Origin: Desulfatiglandales bacterium
Lineage (GTDB): Bacteria; Desulfobacterota; DSM-4660; Desulfatiglandales; Desulfatiglandaceae
Assembly (NCBI GenBank): GCA_963662465.1
Contig: OY759599.1
Coordinates: forward strand, 2,912,001-2,976,000
DNA length: 64,000 bases
Reading direction: 5' to 3'
The position numbers and the translations under genes are program-made. Below the pieces are notes generated by a model. That model did not search any database. It was not told the origin of the DNA and saw only the letters and a list, made by a program, of their open reading frames with translations. Shown piece after piece: positions 59,048 through 64,000 of the stretch (position 1 is its first letter; every line of letters starts with the position of its first letter).

Positions 59048-60387
59048 GATGACGCCCCCGGCGGCCCATACACTTCCCGGAGGGCCTCCTCCAGAATGGA
59101 CAGACAAACATCGATTTCTTCCCCACTCACCGAAAGGGCCGGACAGAAACGGATGTTGTTTTCGCCGCATCCGAGCAACAGAAGCCCCCGGCGAAACGCG
59201 GCCTGGATGATATTGCCGCGACCTTGATGATCCGGCGTTTTACGCTCCCGGTCTTTCACCAGTTCCATGGCAACCATGAGGCCCTTTCCCCGAACATCGC
59301 CCATGCATTCGTATTCTTTTTGCAGGACCCGCAAACCGGACAGCAGCCGACGGCCCTGAACGTCCGCGTTTTTCATGTAGCCGGTTTGGAGCAGCTCGAT
59401 GGTTGCCAGGGCAGCGGCGCAGGAGACGGGATTGCCGCCGAAAGTGGACGCATGGGACCCTGCTTTCCAGGTCATAATGTCCGCGTCCGCCACCATGGCG
59501 CCCAACGGCATGCCGGATGCAATGCCCTTGGCCAGGGCCATCATATCCGGCTGCACCCCGAAGTGTTCCATGGCAAACATTTTGCCGGTTCGCCCCATGC
59601 CGGACTGGACTTCGTCCGCCACATAAAGAATTTGATAATTCTCCGCGATCTGCTTCAATTTTTGATGAAATTCAGGGGGAGGAACAATGTAACCCCCCTC
59701 TCCCTGTATAGGCTCAACGATAATGGCCGCCACCTCTTCCGCCGGAAGGGTGGTTCTGAAGAGGGTCTCTTCTATCCACTGAACGCAATAAATATTGCAT
59801 TCCGGATAACTCAGGTGGTAGGGACATCGATAACAGTAAGCATAAGGGATATGCGTGATTCCCGGCACCAGGGGGAAGTAATTTTTTTTCTGGATGGCCT
59901 TGCTGGCCGTAAGGGAAAGGGCGCCCATGGTCCGACCGTGAAAGGCGCCGAAAAACGCGATATTCAGATCCCGGCGGGTATGCCGGCGGGCCAGCTTAAA
60001 AGCGGCTTCAACGGCCTCCGCCCCCGAGTTGCCGAAATAGACCTTTCTCGGACGATTTCCCGGCGCCAGGGTGGCCAGTCTCTCCGCAAGGCGGATCTGC
60101 GGCGCATAATAAAAATCGGTGCCGGACATGTGCAGGAGCCGATCCGCCTGGTTTTTAATGGCCTGAACCACCTCCGGATGGCAGTGCCCGGTGGCGCACA
60201 CCGCAATGCCTGCGGTAAAATCGAGGAATTCATTCCCATCCACATCCTTTAACCAGAGCCCGGCGCCGGTGTCAGCCACCAGGGGGTAGGCCCGGGTGTA
60301 GGAAGGGGAAACATACCGGTCATCCAACTGTATCCATTTGCTTGCGTTGGGACCGGGAAGAGCGGTTCGGATGGCGGGTTTTTTCAT
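59044..60387 (-). CDS. Class III PLP aminotransferase (4-aminobutyrate / acetylornithine-like)
   Basis: DVDGNEFLDF, NSGAEAVEAA, FHGRT, EPIQGEGG, DEVQSGMGRTG, AKGIASG, STFGGNP. Confidence 0.9.
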   Translation of the reverse strand: MKKPAIRTALPGPNASKWIQLDDRYVSPSYTRAYPLVADTGAGLWLKDVDGNEFLDFTAGIAVCATGHCHPEVVQAIKNQADRLLHMSGTDFYYAPQIRLAERLATLAPGNRPRKVYFGNSGAEAVEAAFKLARRHTRRDLNIAFFGAFHGRTMGALSLTASKAIQKKNYFPLVPGITHIPYAYCYRCPYHLSYPECNIYCVQWIEETLFRTTLPAEEVAAIIVEPIQGEGGYIVPPPEFHQKLKQIAENYQILYVADEVQSGMGRTGKMFAMEHFGVQPDMMALAKGIASGMPLGAMVADADIMTWKAGSHASTFGGNPVSCAAALATIELLQTGYMKNADVQGRRLLSGLRVLQKEYECMGDVRGKGLMVAMELVKDRERKTPDHQGRGNIIQAAFRRGLLLLGCGENNIRFCPALSVSGEEIDVCLSILEEALREVYGPPGASS

Positions 60388-60545
60388 GGAACCTCCTCTT
60401 GTTCTTGTCGTTAAAATGTTTTATGATGTTAGAAGAATATGCGCTGCATGTCAAAAAAACATTCAACATTCTTCGATAAAAGATGTTATCTTGGTTCAAT
60501 TTCTATTAAAACCAATTGAAAACTGACAATGGAGGACGTTTATTT

Positions 60546-61421
60546 ATGCGAGTTACACATTTATACAAGAGTGACAACCCGGTTATTTCCATGGAGTTTT
60601 TCCCACCGAGGAACGATAAGGCAATCGAAACTTTTGACAAAACAATCAATAGCCTGGCGCAACTGAAGCCTGATTATATATCCATAACATTCGGCGCCGG
60701 CGGTTCCACCAGGGATGGCTCCTATCAAACGGTTAAACAATTAATGCTGGATAAGCATCTGCCTACGGTGGCATATATCGCCGGATACGGACTTGCCCCC
60801 CATGAAATCATTGAAGTCCTGGACAACTACAAAGCGTTGGGGGTTGAAACCATTTTTGTAATCCGAGGCGATAAACCAAAAGGAGACGATGTTGCGGCGC
60901 CCCCCGATGCCTTTCACTACGCGTCTGAGATGATTTCGTTCATCAAAGAGCGCTATGATTTTACACTGGGATGCGCTGGATACCCTGAAGGTCATATTGA
61001 TGCTGAAAGCCTCGATAAAGACATCGAATATCTGAAACTTAAAGTTGACAATGGCGCGGAGTATGTTGTTGCACAGTATTTTTATGACAACGCCTATTTT
61101 TTTGACTTTGTCGCCAAGTGCCGAGCCATTGGCATTGATGTCCCCATTATACCGGGCATCATGCCGGTGTACACAGTCAAGATGACCCGGATGTTATCCA
61201 AAGTTTGTGGTTCAACCATTCCCGATAAATTGCAACGTAAACTCGACGCAGTGGACCCGGAGGATAAAGACGCAGTTTTAAAGTTGGGAATAGATTTCGC
61301 CACGGAGCAATGCATGGGGTTGTTGAAAAAAGGCGTCGACGGGCTTCATTTTTACACCATGGACCGCGCTAAATCCACAACTGAGATTATCAATAGCCTG
61401 AGGCATGAAAAACTGTTGTAA
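60546..61421 (+). CDS. metF: 5,10-methylenetetrahydrofolate reductase
   Basis: SMEFFPP, SITFGAGGST, IRGD, AGYPEGH, LKLKVDNGA, PIIPGIMP, GLHFYTM. Confidence 0.92.
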   Translation: MRVTHLYKSDNPVISMEFFPPRNDKAIETFDKTINSLAQLKPDYISITFGAGGSTRDGSYQTVKQLMLDKHLPTVAYIAGYGLAPHEIIEVLDNYKALGVETIFVIRGDKPKGDDVAAPPDAFHYASEMISFIKERYDFTLGCAGYPEGHIDAESLDKDIEYLKLKVDNGAEYVVAQYFYDNAYFFDFVAKCRAIGIDVPIIPGIMPVYTVKMTRMLSKVCGSTIPDKLQRKLDAVDPEDKDAVLKLGIDFATEQCMGLLKKGVDGLHFYTMDRAKSTTEIINSLRHEKLL

Positions 61422-61443
61422 ACAGATTTTTCAGTTTACATGG

Positions 61444-61478
61444 TGCCTGAACGAAAACCCCGTTCAGGCACGGTTTTA
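61444..61478 (+). terminator. Rho-independent terminator after metF
   Basis: GTGCCTGAACG-AAAACCC-CGTTCAGGCAC followed by GGTTTT. Confidence 0.7.
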
Positions 61479-61533
61479 GGTTTTAAGTTTTAAGTAAAAA
61501 AACGCAACAACAGCATCTGGAAAAGGACAATAA

Positions 61534-62445
61534 ATGGACCCAATATCACAAAAAGTCAACCAATGGATCGACAGCGGTAGAGACCCCAGAAGCGCCCACT
61601 GGCAGGGCGGACTTGAGGCAATACTTGATGTATTTTCATCCTATGTAGAACCCGGAAAACTCACTCCGGTTGCCCCGCTTGAGGAAGATGACATTCATAT
61701 TTTCAGGTTGGCCATGGCGGCCGTTGATCTGAGTCCCAACCTGATCGCTGTTTTTTTGCCGCCCTCCATTGCAGGGTCCGTTATTCCACCTGAAACAGCC
61801 GAAGAACTCCAAAGGATCGATAAGAAAGAGCCCTCCTACAAGATCATCATTGCCCGGCCCGGCAAGGAGATCAGAATCGTGTGCGCCGAAATTTCAGACA
61901 GGGCCGCCAAACCGGGATTCGACATTTTCCAGTCAGGCGCCCTTCTCGGAACTTATGATTTTCCTTCCCAGGAGGTGTGCCTGTCCGAACTTACCAAAAT
62001 CATCCGGGCCCATGCCTGGGAAAAAGGCGCCTGGAGCCGGGAAGACCATAAAAGGTACACCATCAACTGGTTTGAACGAAGCATGGATCTTTCCAGGGGC
62101 GATCTTCGCGTAGAACAGAGCCGCTCCTTTTTCCACAGCCCCACCCTGATAAAGAGCAACCGGGTCGACGCGCTGTTCATCCTCATCCATGACATCCTTA
62201 TCAAACACTTCAATGATCCTGAGGACCCCTTGAGCCTTGCCGCGGCATCCATCAAGGCCATGGAGGATCAAACCCTCCGCTCAAAAAAATTAGAAGACCT
62301 TGCGAGCCAGGGAGTATTTGGGCTTTTGAACCGGATAAAACAGCTGGAGATCATGAAATTCGACGAATTTTCAAACGTTGAAAACGAGCAGTTTAAAAAC
62401 GAGGCATCAAGAGTCATACTGAGGGTGGCTGACAAGATTTCCTGA
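61534..62445 (+). CDS. Hypothetical protein
   Basis: 303-aa ORF with AAGGA RBS; family not recognised. Confidence 0.75.
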   Translation: MDPISQKVNQWIDSGRDPRSAHWQGGLEAILDVFSSYVEPGKLTPVAPLEEDDIHIFRLAMAAVDLSPNLIAVFLPPSIAGSVIPPETAEELQRIDKKEPSYKIIIARPGKEIRIVCAEISDRAAKPGFDIFQSGALLGTYDFPSQEVCLSELTKIIRAHAWEKGAWSREDHKRYTINWFERSMDLSRGDLRVEQSRSFFHSPTLIKSNRVDALFILIHDILIKHFNDPEDPLSLAAASIKAMEDQTLRSKKLEDLASQGVFGLLNRIKQLEIMKFDEFSNVENEQFKNEASRVILRVADKIS

Positions 62446-62487
62446 TGGAGCGGCACCCATGAAAAAACAGGCGCTAAGCATGTAAAC

Positions 62488-62521
62488 AAAAAAAGGGTGT
62501 AAAACAAAAGCGTTACACCCT
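62488..62521 (-). terminator. Terminator after ssb
   Basis: Stem AGGGTGTAA...TTACACCCT with an A-run on the plus strand (U-run on the minus strand). Confidence 0.65.
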
Positions 62522-62551
62522 CAAAGCTTACAATTTCAATGCCGACAACGG

Positions 62552-62971
62552 TTAGAACGGAATATCGTCGTCAGGGAGATTCGGCGGCGGTTCGTCGGGG
62601 AAATCGCCTTGAGGCGCCTTGTTGCTCATCCTGTCGCCCGGCGATCCCAACATCTGCATTTTGTAGGCAACGACTTCCGTGGTATACCGTTTGATTCCAT
62701 CCTTATCTTCCCATGCCCTGGTTTGAAGGCTTCCCTCAATGTAGACCTGGCTTCCTTTTTTCAGATACTCCCCGCAAATCTCTCCAAGCCGCCGCCAGGC
62801 CACGATCCTGTGCCATTCCGTTTTTTCCTGTTTTTCGCCGCTATTCTTATCTTTCCACGTTTCTGTCGTGGCAATGGAAAAATTGGCCACCGCCACGCCG
62901 CTGGGTGTATATCGAGTATCCGGATCCGATCCCAGATTCCCCACCAGTATCACCTTATTTACACTCGCCAT
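62552..62971 (-). CDS. ssb: Single-stranded DNA-binding protein
   Basis: [34 protein letters not shown]-terminal DDDIPF. Confidence 0.97.
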   Translation of the reverse strand: MASVNKVILVGNLGSDPDTRYTPSGVAVANFSIATTETWKDKNSGEKQEKTEWHRIVAWRRLGEICGEYLKKGSQVYIEGSLQTRAWEDKDGIKRYTTEVVAYKMQMLGSPGDRMSNKAPQGDFPDEPPPNLPDDDIPF

Positions 62972-63202
62972 TCCGTTATCTCCTTTTTTCCGGTCCCATT
63001 CGCGGGACACCCATGGATTACCTGAATGCCGTTTTCATAACACACGGCGCAAAGACAAGTCAAAGGCAATCCGCGCCACCCATGCACTCAAAAAACACCG
63101 ATTCCCTGTTGACGGGAATGACTGAAACGGTTAAGGTGCCGTTTATGCAAAGGATTGAACAACCAATTGATTATAGAGATAAAATGTATCGAGGTACAAC
63201 CC

Positions 63203-64000
63203 ATGTTAAAAATTATACCACTGGGGGGCCTGGGGGAAATCGGCCTCAACATGATGGTCATCCAACACGATTCCCACATGGTGGTTGTGGACGCGGGGTT
63301 GATGTTCCCCGATGATTTTATGCCCGGCGTGGACCTGGTCATCCCCGATTTCACCTACCTCAGAGAAAACCGCGAAAAGATTAAAGCCGTCATTCTCACC
63401 CATGGACATGAAGACCACATCGGCGCCATGCCTTTTTTTCTGAAGGAATTTCCGGTTCCAGTCTTCGGCACGGGGTTTACCCTGGACCTGCTCAGGGAAA
63501 AGCTGAAAGAACATATCCTGCCCAAAGATGCCGACCTGAACACCATTATTCCAGGAGAAATCACTGAAATAGGCCCCTTCAAGGTAGAATTCATTCGCGT
63601 TAACCACAGCATTGTGGACGGGGTGGGTCTGGCCGTGGAAACGCCGGAAGGCCTCATTGTCCATTCCGGAGATTTCCGAATCGATCCCACGCCGGTGGAT
63701 GAACAGATGACGGATCTCATCCGTTTTGCCCATTTCGGAGAAAAAGGCGTCCTGGCCTTTTTTTCCGACTCCACCAACGCTGAAAAAGAAGGCTACACCC
63801 TCAGTGAACGGGACGTCAAAAAAACCCTGGGGGATTTCTTTCAAGCCAGCCGGGGAAGACTGATTATCGCCAGCTTTGCTTCCAATATCACGCGAATCCA
63901 GGAAGTCATATCCCTGGCGGAGCAATTTGGCCGAAAGGTGGTTTTCAACGGAAAAAGCATGATCACCAATGTGGGGATTGCCAAAACCCACGGATTTATC
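63203..64000 (+). CDS. rnj: Ribonuclease J, runs off the window end
   Basis: MLKIIPLGGLGEIGLNM, DAGLMFP, GVDLVIPD, THGHEDHIGA, VNHSIVD, HSGDFRID, SDSTNAE; missing from the ORF track because there is no stop in the window. Confidence 0.95.
   Translation, partial: MLKIIPLGGLGEIGLNMMVIQHDSHMVVVDAGLMFPDDFMPGVDLVIPDFTYLRENREKIKAVILTHGHEDHIGAMPFFLKEFPVPVFGTGFTLDLLREKLKEHILPKDADLNTIIPGEITEIGPFKVEFIRVNHSIVDGVGLAVETPEGLIVHSGDFRIDPTPVDEQMTDLIRFAHFGEKGVLAFFSDSTNAEKEGYTLSERDVKKTLGDFFQASRGRLIIASFASNITRIQEVISLAEQFGRKVVFNGKSMITNVGIAKTHGFI

Overview
Bacterial chromosomal window. Gene content and repeat families suggest an anaerobic Desulfobacterota/deltaproteobacterium (inference). A housekeeping backbone (alpha-2-macroglobulin, pbpC, hybrid histidine kinases, cspA, ABC-F, metF, ssb, rnj) is interrupted by three decayed accessory patches. 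(1) About 6.5-16.9 kb is a dead integron: intI pseudogene, attI, a yefM-yoeB cassette, a group II intron remnant, an IS66-like element carrying DUF4338 and an AT-rich HipA-like kinase. (2) About 39.6-42.2 kb is a patchwork of gene fragments with a lone attC site. (3) About 46.5-53.7 kb is bracketed by a 58-bp imperfect direct repeat. It splits a B12 radical SAM / two-component / PlsA-Ger-like gene run and carries a repeat-built IPTL-CTERM surface protein. A 154-155 bp non-coding element occurs in 4 full copies, each with its own 8-bp target duplication; it is a TIR-bounded MITE whose interior is a GTAG-type REP doublet. At 29-39.5 kb there is an unusual operon with two short MttB-superfamily methyltransferases, an AsnB-type amidotransferase, a flavin amine oxidoreductase, a metallo-beta-lactamase-fold hydrolase, a nitrilase-family amidase and MscS. 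All calls come from reading motifs by eye; no database searches were run. No rRNA, tRNA or CRISPR array was seen.
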